Shown: one piece after another, positions 7,973 through 16,967 of the stretch | Position numbering within the stretch: position 1 is the first letter of the stretch | Layout of the letters: each line of letters opens with the position of its first letter | From: an uncultured Clostridium sp. | GTDB lineage: Bacteria > Bacillota > Clostridia > TANB77 > CAG-508 | Direction of reading: 5' to 3' | Length of the DNA: 64,000 nucleotides | Assembly (NCBI GenBank): GCA_902496295.1 | Contig: CABVAF010000002.1 | Span: forward strand, 131,503 to 195,502 | The notes under the pieces: model-generated | What the model saw: the letters and a program-made list of their open reading frames with translations, nothing else | The model's database searches: none | What the model was told of the DNA's origin: nothing | Translations under genes and position numbers: made by a program

Positions 7973-8821
7973 TTATAAATTTTTACTAAGTGCATTATAG
8001 TTTGTTTGAATCTCATCCTGTGTTAAGGCTCTGTCATATACCATAAAATTATACATTTTTAAATTTGTTGCATTTTGATTTGCATAATAATTTGCTAATA
8101 ATCTTAAATTGTTGCTTGTAGCAAGTCCTATACTATTTGACATTGTATTTACTAAAGTTCCATTTTCATAAAATTTCATTTCACTAGCAGTTAATGTTAC
8201 TGTATAGTTGTAAATTCCACTTTTATTAAATGTATAATCATACCTTATTTGTGTACTCTTTGATGAACCTCTATTTGCTATAAAGTTTTGATAACAAAGG
8301 ATTCCTTGTGCGTTATCTGTATTTGTATCTGCCCAAACAGCACCTGTTAAATTAGTACCATCTATTGTAAAAGATATAGTCCTTTCTTTTCCATTTAAAT
8401 TAATTGGAGTCGTTACATATGTCTGTAATGTAGAAGCAACATTTGATAAAACTATGCAATTGTCTGCCCAATAAAAGCTATTTCCATCTAAACTTTTTGA
8501 TAATGTTCCATCATTCCCATTTCCACTTAAATCTTTCCAAGTGTTAGTTGTAGTACTATGCCCATTTCCTGTATTATTAATTCCATCATAATGTAAAATT
8601 AGTCCATCTGCTATATATGTTGGTTCTTCTGCTGTTCCGCTTCCACTAGATGTAAGCCCTTGCTCATATACTTCTTTTATTTTAAGCTCAGTTTGCAATT
8701 GATTTTTTCTTATACTAGAAGTAAGTGTAAAAATTGCAATTAATATTATAATAAATGTTAATGTTAATCCTGTGGCGTATACAGCCATTGAACCTCGCTC
8801 ACTTTTAAACAATTTCTTCAT
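7973..8821 (-). CDS. Pseudopilin/TadG-like N-terminal anchor fused to a LamG (concanavalin-A-like lectin) domain
   Basis: The N-terminus is KSERGSMAVYATGLTLTFIIILIAIFTL. The C-terminus ends with the LamG-type RALTQDEIQTNY motif. GGAGG SD. Confidence 0.6.
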   Translation of the reverse strand: MKKLFKSERGSMAVYATGLTLTFIIILIAIFTLTSSIRKNQLQTELKIKEVYEQGLTSSGSGTAEEPTYIADGLILHYDGINNTGNGHSTTTNTWKDLSGNGNDGTLSKSLDGNSFYWADNCIVLSNVASTLQTYVTTPINLNGKERTISFTIDGTNLTGAVWADTNTDNAQGILCYQNFIANRGSSKSTQIRYDYTFNKSGIYNYTVTLTASEMKFYENGTLVNTMSNSIGLATSNNLRLLANYYANQNATNLKMYNFMVYDRALTQDEIQTNYNALSKNL

Positions 8822-8882
8822 TTGAGTTCCTCCTATTTATTTCTTAACTTATATATCTTTAGGTTATATATAATCTGTATTT

Positions 8883-10130
8883 TTATTTTATAGTCGGTAA
8901 GTTTTTCAAGTACTTTATTCTTTCTTCTTTAATCCTGTTTTTGACTTGAATGCCACCTTCAATTTTGTATTTTTCTTTTACATAGTCTCCTGTTATACTC
9001 TTTAATATTTCTTTTCCAATTTTATCAAAGTTAACGTCTGGGAACACTCCTTCTCTTGCTTTGTCGCACATTACAACAATTTTTAGTCCATCTAAGCCTA
9101 ATATAGACTTACTTGCATATTCTATTAAATCAACTTGTTTTGCAGGAGTCATCTTCTCAAATATTCCTGCTTTCATATGTAATTTGCAAGCTATTTTTCC
9201 ACATTTTATCCAATCATTGGGAATAGCTATTTTTTTTGCTAAATTTCCAACTAGTTCTATTCCTCTTTCTTCGTGTCCATAATGATGTGGCAATATATTT
9301 TCTGGAGTAGTACCCTTTCCCAAGTCATGTACTAAACATGCAAATTTTATTTTTAAATCATTTGTTAGTTTACTACTATTATCTACAACTATCATTGTAT
9401 GGTTATAGCTGTCTCCTTCAGGATGGTACTTTTCAGGTTGTATTTTTCCAATTAAATTATATATTTCCTTAAAATGAATATCTAAAACATTAGCTTTTTT
9501 TAATACATTAAAAAATATTGATGGTCTTGCTGATTCAAGAGCTTTTTTAAATTCCGTAAAAACTCTCTCTTTAGACAATGTAGCCAACTCTTGTTTTAAG
9601 CTGTTCATAGCCTCTAAAGTTTCTTTTTCTACACTAAACTCTAATGTACTTGCAAACCTTGCTACTCTATATACTCTAAGCGGATCTTCTTTAAAGGCAT
9701 CTGTAGTTTTTCGTATTATTTTATTTTCTATATCTTTTATTCCATTAAAAGGGTCTATTATTTTTCCTGTTAAAACTTCTTCTGCAATAGAATTAATTGT
9801 TATATCTCTTCTTGATAAATCTTCTTCTATTGTAATACTTGTATCTGTATTGAATTCAAAACCTTTATGTCCTTCACTTAGTTTTCTTTCTTTTCTGGCT
9901 AATGCAAATTCTTTTTGCTCCATAGTATATACAGGAAAATTTTTTCCCTGTATGTGCGCATTTGGAAATAAATTTTCAAACTCCTCACCAGAAAGACCTG
10001 TTATACAATAATCTTCATCAAATATTTCTTTTTTCAAAAATTTATCTCTAACAGCTCCCCCAACTAAGTATAAATTTCCACCTGCTTTTTTTATTTTATT
10101 AGCGATTTCTTTTATTCTATTATCTTCCAT
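8883..10130 (-). CDS. cca: CCA-adding tRNA nucleotidyltransferase with an HD domain
   Basis: Head motifs GGAVRD and RRDITINS, plus an HD motif (LVHDLGK). Confidence 0.85.
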   Translation of the reverse strand: MEDNRIKEIANKIKKAGGNLYLVGGAVRDKFLKKEIFDEDYCITGLSGEEFENLFPNAHIQGKNFPVYTMEQKEFALARKERKLSEGHKGFEFNTDTSITIEEDLSRRDITINSIAEEVLTGKIIDPFNGIKDIENKIIRKTTDAFKEDPLRVYRVARFASTLEFSVEKETLEAMNSLKQELATLSKERVFTEFKKALESARPSIFFNVLKKANVLDIHFKEIYNLIGKIQPEKYHPEGDSYNHTMIVVDNSSKLTNDLKIKFACLVHDLGKGTTPENILPHHYGHEERGIELVGNLAKKIAIPNDWIKCGKIACKLHMKAGIFEKMTPAKQVDLIEYASKSILGLDGLKIVVMCDKAREGVFPDVNFDKIGKEILKSITGDYVKEKYKIEGGIQVKNRIKEERIKYLKNLPTIK

Positions 10131-10185
10131 ACTGGCTTAATTATACTTTTATTTTACATGTTTGTCCACATAAAATGAAAATATT

Positions 10186-11067
10186 TTATTCTTTGTTTTT
10201 CTTTATATTATCTAGTTCTTCTTTAGTCAGTCCTGTAGCTTCTACTATGATATCTATAGATACATTTTTTTCTAATAATTTTTTAGCTGTTTCTATTTTT
10301 GCCTTCTTTTCGCCTTTTTCTTCTCCTTTCTTTTCCCCCTCTTTTCTCGCATAACTCATTGCAAGTCCTCTATCTATCTCACTACTTTCTCTTAATTCTG
10401 CTAATCTTTGTAATGCTTCATCCCCTGTTAAATACTCCATATCGTCTAATGCACTTTTTATTTTTTCATTCTTTTTCTCTGCCATTTCTATTTTCCCCCA
10501 ATCCGTGTCATCAATTACTGCCAGCCACTGATTTAACTTATCATTCATATCCGTTTTTGTTTTTCTGTATTTCGGCAACTCTATGTAATAATATTTTATT
10601 AAATCGCTTACTTCATGGTCTCTATGATTTTTTAATACCAACATAGTTTCTGACACATATTCTTCATATTCAAATATATTAAAATTTAATATATTTACCA
10701 TTATTACTTTTGATGTATCTATATAACTTTGTCCTACTTTTAATTCTTTATTCACTACTTTCGACGCGTAAATTGTACTTCTTTCTATTATGTTATGCTC
10801 GTCTCTCACTTGCATTTCTATGTTTACAATGTTTCCATTATTTAACTTTGCTTGTATATCTAGTCTTCCACCTTTTTCATAGTTTGATAATTGTAATAAA
10901 TTTACTTCTTCTTTTATTTCTATTTCCTTTATGTCTATTTTTAATAATCCGGTCAGAAAATCTATTAGGTATTTTTCGTTGCCTTTCTTTCCAAAAAACG
11001 CTTTAAATATTATGTCATTTTTTAGGTTTAGTTTCTTTTTTACGCTACTTCTTTCTCTATTTATCAA
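10186..11067 (-). CDS. Rpn family recombination-promoting nuclease / putative transposase (PD-(D/E)XK)
   Basis: The N-terminus DIIFKAFFGKKGNEKYLIDFLTGLL, the LDIQAKL...IVNIEMQ core and the charged C-terminal helix region are typical of the Rpn/YhgA-like family. Confidence 0.75.
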   Translation of the reverse strand: MINRERSSVKKKLNLKNDIIFKAFFGKKGNEKYLIDFLTGLLKIDIKEIEIKEEVNLLQLSNYEKGGRLDIQAKLNNGNIVNIEMQVRDEHNIIERSTIYASKVVNKELKVGQSYIDTSKVIMVNILNFNIFEYEEYVSETMLVLKNHRDHEVSDLIKYYYIELPKYRKTKTDMNDKLNQWLAVIDDTDWGKIEMAEKKNEKIKSALDDMEYLTGDEALQRLAELRESSEIDRGLAMSYARKEGEKKGEEKGEKKAKIETAKKLLEKNVSIDIIVEATGLTKEELDNIKKNKE

Positions 11068-11527
11068 TATAATTTGCTCCTTTCATTTTAGCATAATTAA
11101 TACATTTTATGCAAATTACTTATTACTTGTTTTTTTACATTTTCTTGAATTTCCTATTGTTTTCTTTAAATAACTACATAAAACCATTAATTACTACTTT
11201 ATTACTTATAAACTTGGATTTATTTTAGACTTTAATATTTTCTTTGAGTTTAAAAATATAGATTTTAATATTTCCACTTTTTTAGATGCTTAAATTTTCT
11301 GAATAAAAATATTTAATTTTACCTAGATAAAATATACTCACATTATATTTATTATTTATACTTTTTTCAACTAAAATCGTATGCCGTTTTTCGACATTTC
11401 ACTACATTATTTATAAATTTTTTATTATTCCCCCTACTATATTATTCGCTTTCCGACTGATTAATTAAAAATAATTCATTTTAGTATTTTCGATTGTTAA
11501 ATTTGTACTACATCGTCAGTATTTCGC

Positions 11528-11556
11528 TTGACATTAAGGTCAAATAATAATATACT
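11528..11556 (+). promoter_or_regulatory. SigmaA-type promoter of the oxidoreductase operon
   Basis: TTGACA (11528-11533), 17-nt spacer, TATACT (11551-11556), about 60 nt upstream of the ATG. The -35 lies inside the palindrome TTGAC-N6-GTCAA (11528-11543). Confidence 0.65.
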
Positions 11557-11614
11557 TTTCTTTGAAAAGCATTAATAAAATAGCTTTTTATAATAAGGAG
11601 GTAGAAGTATATAA

Positions 11615-12193
11615 ATGAACGATATGATTGAAATAAGATGGCATGGTAGAGGTGGCCAAGGTGCAAAAACAGCTTCTTTACTTTTAGCTGACGCTGCATT
11701 TAATACTGGAAAATATATTCAAGGTTTTCCTGAATATGGTCCAGAAAGAATGGGTGCACCTATAACAGCGTATAATCGAATTAGTAATACCCCAATTAGA
11801 ATACATAGCAATATATATGAACCAGATTATGTTGTTGTAGTTGATGATACTTTACTAGGTGTTGTAGATGTTACCGCTGGTTTGAAACCTGATGGTGGAA
11901 TAGTAATTAATACTACAAAAGACATTGATTACTTAAGAAAAGTTTTAAAAGATTACACAAGTGCAATTTATACAATTGATGCTAGAAAAGTATCTATGGA
12001 AACTTTAGGAAAATATTTTCCTAACACACCTATGTTAGCTGCTATAGTTAAAGTTGCTAACATAATGGAAGAAAATGATTTTCTAAAAGACATGGAGGGT
12101 TCTTTTAAACATAAATTTGCGAAAAAACCTGAAGTAATTGAAGGCAATATGAAAGCACTAGAGGTTGCTTTAAAAGAGGTAAAAAAATTATAA
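11615..12193 (+). CDS. porC: 2-oxoacid (pyruvate-type):ferredoxin oxidoreductase, gamma subunit
   Basis: IRWHGRGGQGAKTAS motif. It is the first gene of the gamma-delta-alpha-beta order. GGAGG SD. Confidence 0.85.
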   Translation: MNDMIEIRWHGRGGQGAKTASLLLADAAFNTGKYIQGFPEYGPERMGAPITAYNRISNTPIRIHSNIYEPDYVVVVDDTLLGVVDVTAGLKPDGGIVINTTKDIDYLRKVLKDYTSAIYTIDARKVSMETLGKYFPNTPMLAAIVKVANIMEENDFLKDMEGSFKHKFAKKPEVIEGNMKALEVALKEVKKL

Positions 12194-12204
12194 GGAGGTA
12201 AAAA

Positions 12205-12468
12205 ATGTCTATTGGCGGAAATATATATAAGGCTGGTAATGCCAGAGAATTTAAGACAGGTGACTGGAGAAGTATTTGTCCAAAATACATCCCAGAAAAA
12301 TGTAAACAATGTGGACTATGTTTCCCAGTTTGTCCGGAAGACGCTATACCTGTAAATAAAGAAGGAAAAAGAGAAGATTTTAATTTTGATTATTGTAAAG
12401 GATGTGGCATATGTGCAAAAGTATGTCCATTTGGAGCAATTGTAATGGAAGAGGAGGGAGAAGAATAA
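12205..12468 (+). CDS. porD: 2-oxoacid:ferredoxin oxidoreductase, delta subunit (2x[4Fe-4S])
   Basis: Two CxxCxxCxxxCP clusters (CKQCGLCFPVCP, CKGCGICAKVCP). Confidence 0.85.
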   Translation: MSIGGNIYKAGNAREFKTGDWRSICPKYIPEKCKQCGLCFPVCPEDAIPVNKEGKREDFNFDYCKGCGICAKVCPFGAIVMEEEGEE

Positions 12469-13655
12469 TGGGAATAAGAGAACGTTTAAGTGGAAATGAA
12501 GCTGCCGCAACAGCTATGAAACAAATAAATCCAGATGTTGTTGCTGCATTTCCTATAACACCATCAACAGAAATACCTCAATATTTTTCTACATTCGTAG
12601 CAAATGGAACAGTTGATACAGAATTTGTTGCTGTAGAAAGTGAGCATAGTGCAATGAGTGCATGCGTTGGTGCAGAAGCTGCAGGTGCAAGAGCTATGAC
12701 AGCTACATCTGCTAATGGTCTTTCTTTTATGTGGGAAATGATTTACATAGCTTCAAGTTTAAGACTTCCTATAGTTATGTCTTTAGTAAACCGTGCTGTA
12801 TCTGGTCCTTTAAATATACATTGTGACCATTCAGATGCAATGGGGGTACGTGATAGCGGTTGGATTATGCTATTTTCAGAAACTAACCAAGAAGCATATG
12901 ACAACTTAATTATGGCACATAGAATTGCTGAAAATAAAGACGTTTTATTACCACTTATGGTATGTCAAGATGGATTTATTACTTCACATTCTATTGAAAA
13001 TATTGAATTAATTGAAGATGAAAAAGTAAAAGAGTTTGTTGGAACATACAAACCAGAACATTATTTATTAAACGATAAAGAACCTATTTCAATTGGTCCT
13101 ATGGATGTTCAAGCATATTTATTTGAACATAAACATGAACAAGCAGAAGCCATGAGAAATGCAAAAAAAGTTATTTTAGAAGTTGCTAAAGACTTTGAAA
13201 AAATGACTGGTAGAAAATATGAATTATTTGAAAAATATAAAACAGAAGATGCAGATATTGTTGTTGTTTGTATGAACTCAACAGCTGGAACTTCAAAAGT
13301 TGTTGTAGATAAATTAAGAGAGCAAGGAATAAAAGCAGGACTATTAAAAGTTCGTGTATTTAGACCATTCCCTGTAGATGAAATTGCAGAAGCTTTAGGA
13401 AATGCAAAAGCTATAGCAGTTTTAGACAAAGCAGATTCATTAAATGCTGCTGGTGGCGCTTTATTTACAGATGTAACATCTGCTATGTATGTAAATAATA
13501 AACAAGTTCCATCTGTAAGCTATGTTTATGGTATTGGTGGTAGAGATACAACTGAAAAAGAAATCTCTTCTGTTTATGCTGACTTACAAGAAATTGTAAA
13601 AAACGGAAAAGTAGAAAATCCTTACCGTTATCTTGGATTAAAGGAGGAAAAATAA
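12468..13655 (+). CDS. porA: 2-oxoacid:ferredoxin oxidoreductase, alpha subunit
   Basis: The start MGIRERLSGNEAAA overlaps the porD stop as TAATG, with GGAGGGAG just upstream. The track ORF from 12402 is an out-of-context extension. Confidence 0.85.
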   Translation: MGIRERLSGNEAAATAMKQINPDVVAAFPITPSTEIPQYFSTFVANGTVDTEFVAVESEHSAMSACVGAEAAGARAMTATSANGLSFMWEMIYIASSLRLPIVMSLVNRAVSGPLNIHCDHSDAMGVRDSGWIMLFSETNQEAYDNLIMAHRIAENKDVLLPLMVCQDGFITSHSIENIELIEDEKVKEFVGTYKPEHYLLNDKEPISIGPMDVQAYLFEHKHEQAEAMRNAKKVILEVAKDFEKMTGRKYELFEKYKTEDADIVVVCMNSTAGTSKVVVDKLREQGIKAGLLKVRVFRPFPVDEIAEALGNAKAIAVLDKADSLNAAGGALFTDVTSAMYVNNKQVPSVSYVYGIGGRDTTEKEISSVYADLQEIVKNGKVENPYRYLGLKEEK

Positions 13656-14606
13656 ATGGCATATAATTTAAAAGATGTAATTGTAAATACAGATTCTAGA
13701 TTTACACCAGGTCATAGAATGTGTGCTGGTTGTGGGGCTCCACCAGTTGCCAGAATGGTACTAAGAGCTGTAAATCCAGAAAATCATGTTGTTGTCTCAA
13801 ATGCAACAGGATGTATGGAAGTTTCTACATGTATTTATCCATATACTGCTTGGACAGATTCATATATTCATACAGCATTTGAAAATGCAGCTGCTACTTG
13901 CTCAGGTGCAGAAGCTGCATATAAATCAATGAAAAGACAAGGAAAATTACCAGAAGATAAAACAACTAAATTTATTACATTTGGTGGAGATGGTGGAACA
14001 TATGATATAGGTATTCAAAGTTTATCAGGAGCCATGGAAAGAGGTCATGATATGACATATGTATGCTATGACAATGGAGCATACATGAACACAGGTATTC
14101 AACGTTCTTCTGCAACACCACATTTCGCAGATACAACAACTTCTCCTGCTGGAAAAGTAATACCTGGAAAAATGCAAAAAAGAAAAGACCTAACAGAAAT
14201 TATGGCATCACATCATTTACCATATGTTGCTCAAACTTTAGCTATGCTTAACTTTTCCGACTTATATGAAAAGTCTAGAAAAGCAATATATACAGAGGGT
14301 CCAACATTCTTAAATATACTAGCTCCTTGTCCAAGAGGATGGGGCTACCCTACAGAAGATTTAATGACAATAAATAAATTAGCTGCTGATACATGTTATT
14401 GGCCTTTATATGAGGTTGTAGATGGAAAATATAAAATAACATATAAACCAGCTAAAAAATTACCTGTAGAAGAATTTTTAAGACCTCAAAAACGTTTTAA
14501 ACATATGTTTAAGCCAGGAAATGAATGGATGATAGAAGAGTTTCAAAAAGAAGTAGATGAAAGATGGAATGCACTTCTAGAATTGGAAGCTATGACTAAT
14601 AAATAA
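13656..14606 (+). CDS. porB: 2-oxoacid:ferredoxin oxidoreductase, beta subunit (TPP-binding)
   Basis: CAGCG, GGDGG and YDNGAYMNTG motifs of TPP-binding beta subunits. Confidence 0.85.
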   Translation: MAYNLKDVIVNTDSRFTPGHRMCAGCGAPPVARMVLRAVNPENHVVVSNATGCMEVSTCIYPYTAWTDSYIHTAFENAAATCSGAEAAYKSMKRQGKLPEDKTTKFITFGGDGGTYDIGIQSLSGAMERGHDMTYVCYDNGAYMNTGIQRSSATPHFADTTTSPAGKVIPGKMQKRKDLTEIMASHHLPYVAQTLAMLNFSDLYEKSRKAIYTEGPTFLNILAPCPRGWGYPTEDLMTINKLAADTCYWPLYEVVDGKYKITYKPAKKLPVEEFLRPQKRFKHMFKPGNEWMIEEFQKEVDERWNALLELEAMTNK

Positions 14607-14621
14607 TCTCATTTTAATATA

Positions 14622-14676
14622 AAAAAGCATATTTTATAGTTCTAACAGTTTAATGAACTTAAAAAATATGCTTTTT
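14622..14676. terminator. Probable bidirectional terminator between porB and the convergent ferredoxin gene
   Basis: 14-bp perfect arms aaaaagcatatttt / aaaatatgcttttt with a 27-nt loop and T-runs on both strands. Confidence 0.55.
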
Positions 14677-14799
14677 TTAATTAATTTTTATTAAAAATAT
14701 TTAATTATCAAAATATTTTAATTAATCGAATTCAATTAAATGTTTATAACATTTATGTATAATTATGTACATATGCACATGCTTTTACATTAAATAATT

Positions 14800-14976
14800 T
14801 TATTCTTCTTCTGGTGCTCCTACTGGGCAAGTTCCTGCACATGATCCACAACTAATGCATTGGCTGGCATCTATTTCAAATTTTTCTCCATCTTCTTTCA
14901 TTGAGATACAACTTACTGGGCAAATAGCTGCACATGCTCCACAAGCAATACATTTATCTGTAATTTTATATGCCAT
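14800..14976 (-). CDS. Clostridial-type 2x[4Fe-4S] ferredoxin (58 aa, below the ORF-track cutoff)
   Basis: Hand translation gives MAYKITDKCIACGACAAICPVSCISMKEDGEKFEIDASQCISCGSCAGTCPVGAPEEE*. Two CxxCxxCxxxCP motifs are present. SD AAGGTGGTG. Confidence 0.9.
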   Translation of the reverse strand: MAYKITDKCIACGACAAICPVSCISMKEDGEKFEIDASQCISCGSCAGTCPVGAPEEE

Positions 14977-15039
14977 TTATTTCACCACCTTACTTTATAT
15001 TTAGGTTTTTTACGGGATACCTATAAACCCATTTTTTAC

Positions 15040-15957
15040 TTACATATCGTCTTCACTTGCTGCATTTTCCATTGCATCTAATTTCTCTAGCTTTTCTAGT
15101 TCTTTTAAGTTTTCCTTTTCTTCCTGATTTAATTCTTTTGACTCAATATTCTTTATTATTTTTATTTCTGATGCAGGATATTTTTTATAAAAGGTATCTT
15201 CTCCATCTTTTATTTTTACTCTAACAATTTCTTTTAAAATTTCTACATTGTCTACAGTTCCTTCTCCATCTTCTGTTTTTACTATTGCTCCTACTTTTGG
15301 AAGTTTGCTTAACTTTTCTTCATATGCTTCTTGCTCATATTTTAGGCAGCACATAAGTCTTCCACAATTTCCAGAAATTTTAGTTGGATTTAGTGCAATA
15401 TTTTGTTCTTTTGCCATTTTTATTGACACTGTATCAAAATTATTTAAGAATGTACAACAACACAATTCCCTTCCACATACACCATTTCCACCAATTCTTC
15501 TTACTTGATCTCTTACACCTATTTGTCTTAATTCTATCCTTGTTTTAAAAACTGATGCTAAGTCTTTTACAAGCTCTCTAAAGTCAATTCTGCTATCTGC
15601 TGTGAAATAGAATAACAATTTTGCATTATCAAAAGTATATGCAGAATCAACTAAATTCATATTTAAGTTATACTTTTTTATTTTCTCTTCGCATATCTTA
15701 AATGCTTCTTTTTCCTTTTCTTTATTGTCCTCAAAATGCTTTATATCCTTTTCTGTTGCAACTCTTATTATTGGTTTTAAAGATGTTTTTATTTTATTAT
15801 TTGTAAGACTTTTGTTATTAATTAATACCTCTCCAATTTCCTGCCCCATAGCTGTTTCTACAATAACTTTATCTTTTATTTTTACATCTATATTACCAGC
15901 ATCAAAAAAATATACTTTTCCTGGTCTTTTAAATCTAACCCCTATTACTTTGTTCAT
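15040..15957 (-). CDS. ricT: PSP1-domain protein RicT/YaaT
   Basis: MNKVIGVRFKRPGKVYFFD opening and a Cys-rich PSP1 core (GVCGRELCCCTFL, CGRLMCCLKYE). It lies downstream of holB, as in Bacillus. Confidence 0.85.
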   Translation of the reverse strand: MNKVIGVRFKRPGKVYFFDAGNIDVKIKDKVIVETAMGQEIGEVLINNKSLTNNKIKTSLKPIIRVATEKDIKHFEDNKEKEKEAFKICEEKIKKYNLNMNLVDSAYTFDNAKLLFYFTADSRIDFRELVKDLASVFKTRIELRQIGVRDQVRRIGGNGVCGRELCCCTFLNNFDTVSIKMAKEQNIALNPTKISGNCGRLMCCLKYEQEAYEEKLSKLPKVGAIVKTEDGEGTVDNVEILKEIVRVKIKDGEDTFYKKYPASEIKIIKNIESKELNQEEKENLKELEKLEKLDAMENAASEDDM

Positions 15958-16876
15958 TAAATTCCTCCCACAATTTTAGTAACAAATTGTCTATACACAT
16001 ATTGTAATTTGCATTTATTAACAAATTCTTTTTCGTTTGTTCTACAACATTTATGGAATTTATATACGCTATCTTTTTGTTTTCTAGCAATTTATTATAT
16101 AGTATAACATTTATATAATCTAAAAAATCGAAAATATTATCTTGTGATTTATATAATAAATCTGCTGAATTCCAAACTTTAGCTATATCTGTTTTATCTA
16201 AACTATTTATAATCTTTTCTATAGTTTCGTAATCTTGTGCCTTATCTCCAATAGTCAATGCAGCTTTTAAGCTACCATTACATTGTTCTAATAAAGATTC
16301 TGAAAGTTTATTTACCCCTTGATTACTTAAGTAATTATTTATTTCTTCATTTGATAATTTTGAAAATTCTATTTTTACACATCTAGATTTTACTGTATTT
16401 AATAACTTGCTCTCATTAGAAACAATTAAAATAATTATAACATACTCTGGTGGCTCTTCTAAAGTCTTAAGTAAACAGTTTTGAGCCTCTTTTGTCATAA
16501 GCTCTGCATCGTTTATTATATAAACCTTTTTAGAAGATACAATTGGCTTTTCTACTACTTTTTCCTGCATTAGACGTATTTGCTCTATTTTTATGCTTTT
16601 TCCGTCTTCTGCTTCTATTAGCATAAAGTCTGTATGGTTTCCACCATCAAAGCTAACACACGACTTACAAGTATTACATGGCTTGTTATTATCTAAGCAT
16701 AAAAGCATTTTTGCAAAATTCATAGCAAATAATTTTTTTCCAATTCCTTCTCTTCCTGCAAATATGTAACTATGCAAGCTTTGATTGGTTAAAGCCGCAT
16801 TTACTAAATATTCTTTTATTTTTGAATTTCCTATTAAACTATTAAAATCCAAACCATTCTCCCTTTTTACTTGCAT
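15935..16876 (-). CDS. holB: DNA polymerase III delta-prime subunit
   Basis: AAA+ clamp-loader motifs (HSYIFAGREGIGKK, zinc module CNTCKSC, SRC). It overlaps ricT by 23 nt. Confidence 0.85.
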   Translation of the reverse strand: MQVKRENGLDFNSLIGNSKIKEYLVNAALTNQSLHSYIFAGREGIGKKLFAMNFAKMLLCLDNNKPCNTCKSCVSFDGGNHTDFMLIEAEDGKSIKIEQIRLMQEKVVEKPIVSSKKVYIINDAELMTKEAQNCLLKTLEEPPEYVIIILIVSNESKLLNTVKSRCVKIEFSKLSNEEINNYLSNQGVNKLSESLLEQCNGSLKAALTIGDKAQDYETIEKIINSLDKTDIAKVWNSADLLYKSQDNIFDFLDYINVILYNKLLENKKIAYINSINVVEQTKKNLLINANYNMCIDNLLLKLWEEFNEQSNRG

Positions 16877-16967
16877 TTTTAACTTTATTAAAATTTATCT
16901 TATTGTTCTAATATCTCTATTTATTTTAATATTTTAGCATTCCAATTTAACTAAAATCTAAATTCTA

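Noticed and set aside
10131-11120. The Rpn gene as part of a bounded insertion sequence.
   Set aside because: No terminal inverted repeats or direct target duplications were found in the flanks, so it is reported as a CDS only.
11390-11396. Spo0A-box-like heptamers: TTCGACA at 11390-11396 upstream of por, and TGTCGAT at 60518-60524 upstream of spoIIE.
   Set aside because: Single 7-mers are expected by chance several times in 64 kb. The spoIIE one is only 6/7. No clustered boxes at promoter-appropriate spacing could be established by eye.
11508-11699. 63-aa minus-strand ORF spanning the por promoter and the porC start.
   Set aside because: It overlaps a strong promoter, SD and the start of porC. 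It has no SD and a low-complexity translation.
12402-12467. Upstream extension of porA given by the ORF track (start 12402).
   Set aside because: It overlaps the end of porD in another frame. The ATG at 12468 follows GGAGGGAG and gives the conserved MGIRERLSGNEA N-terminus.
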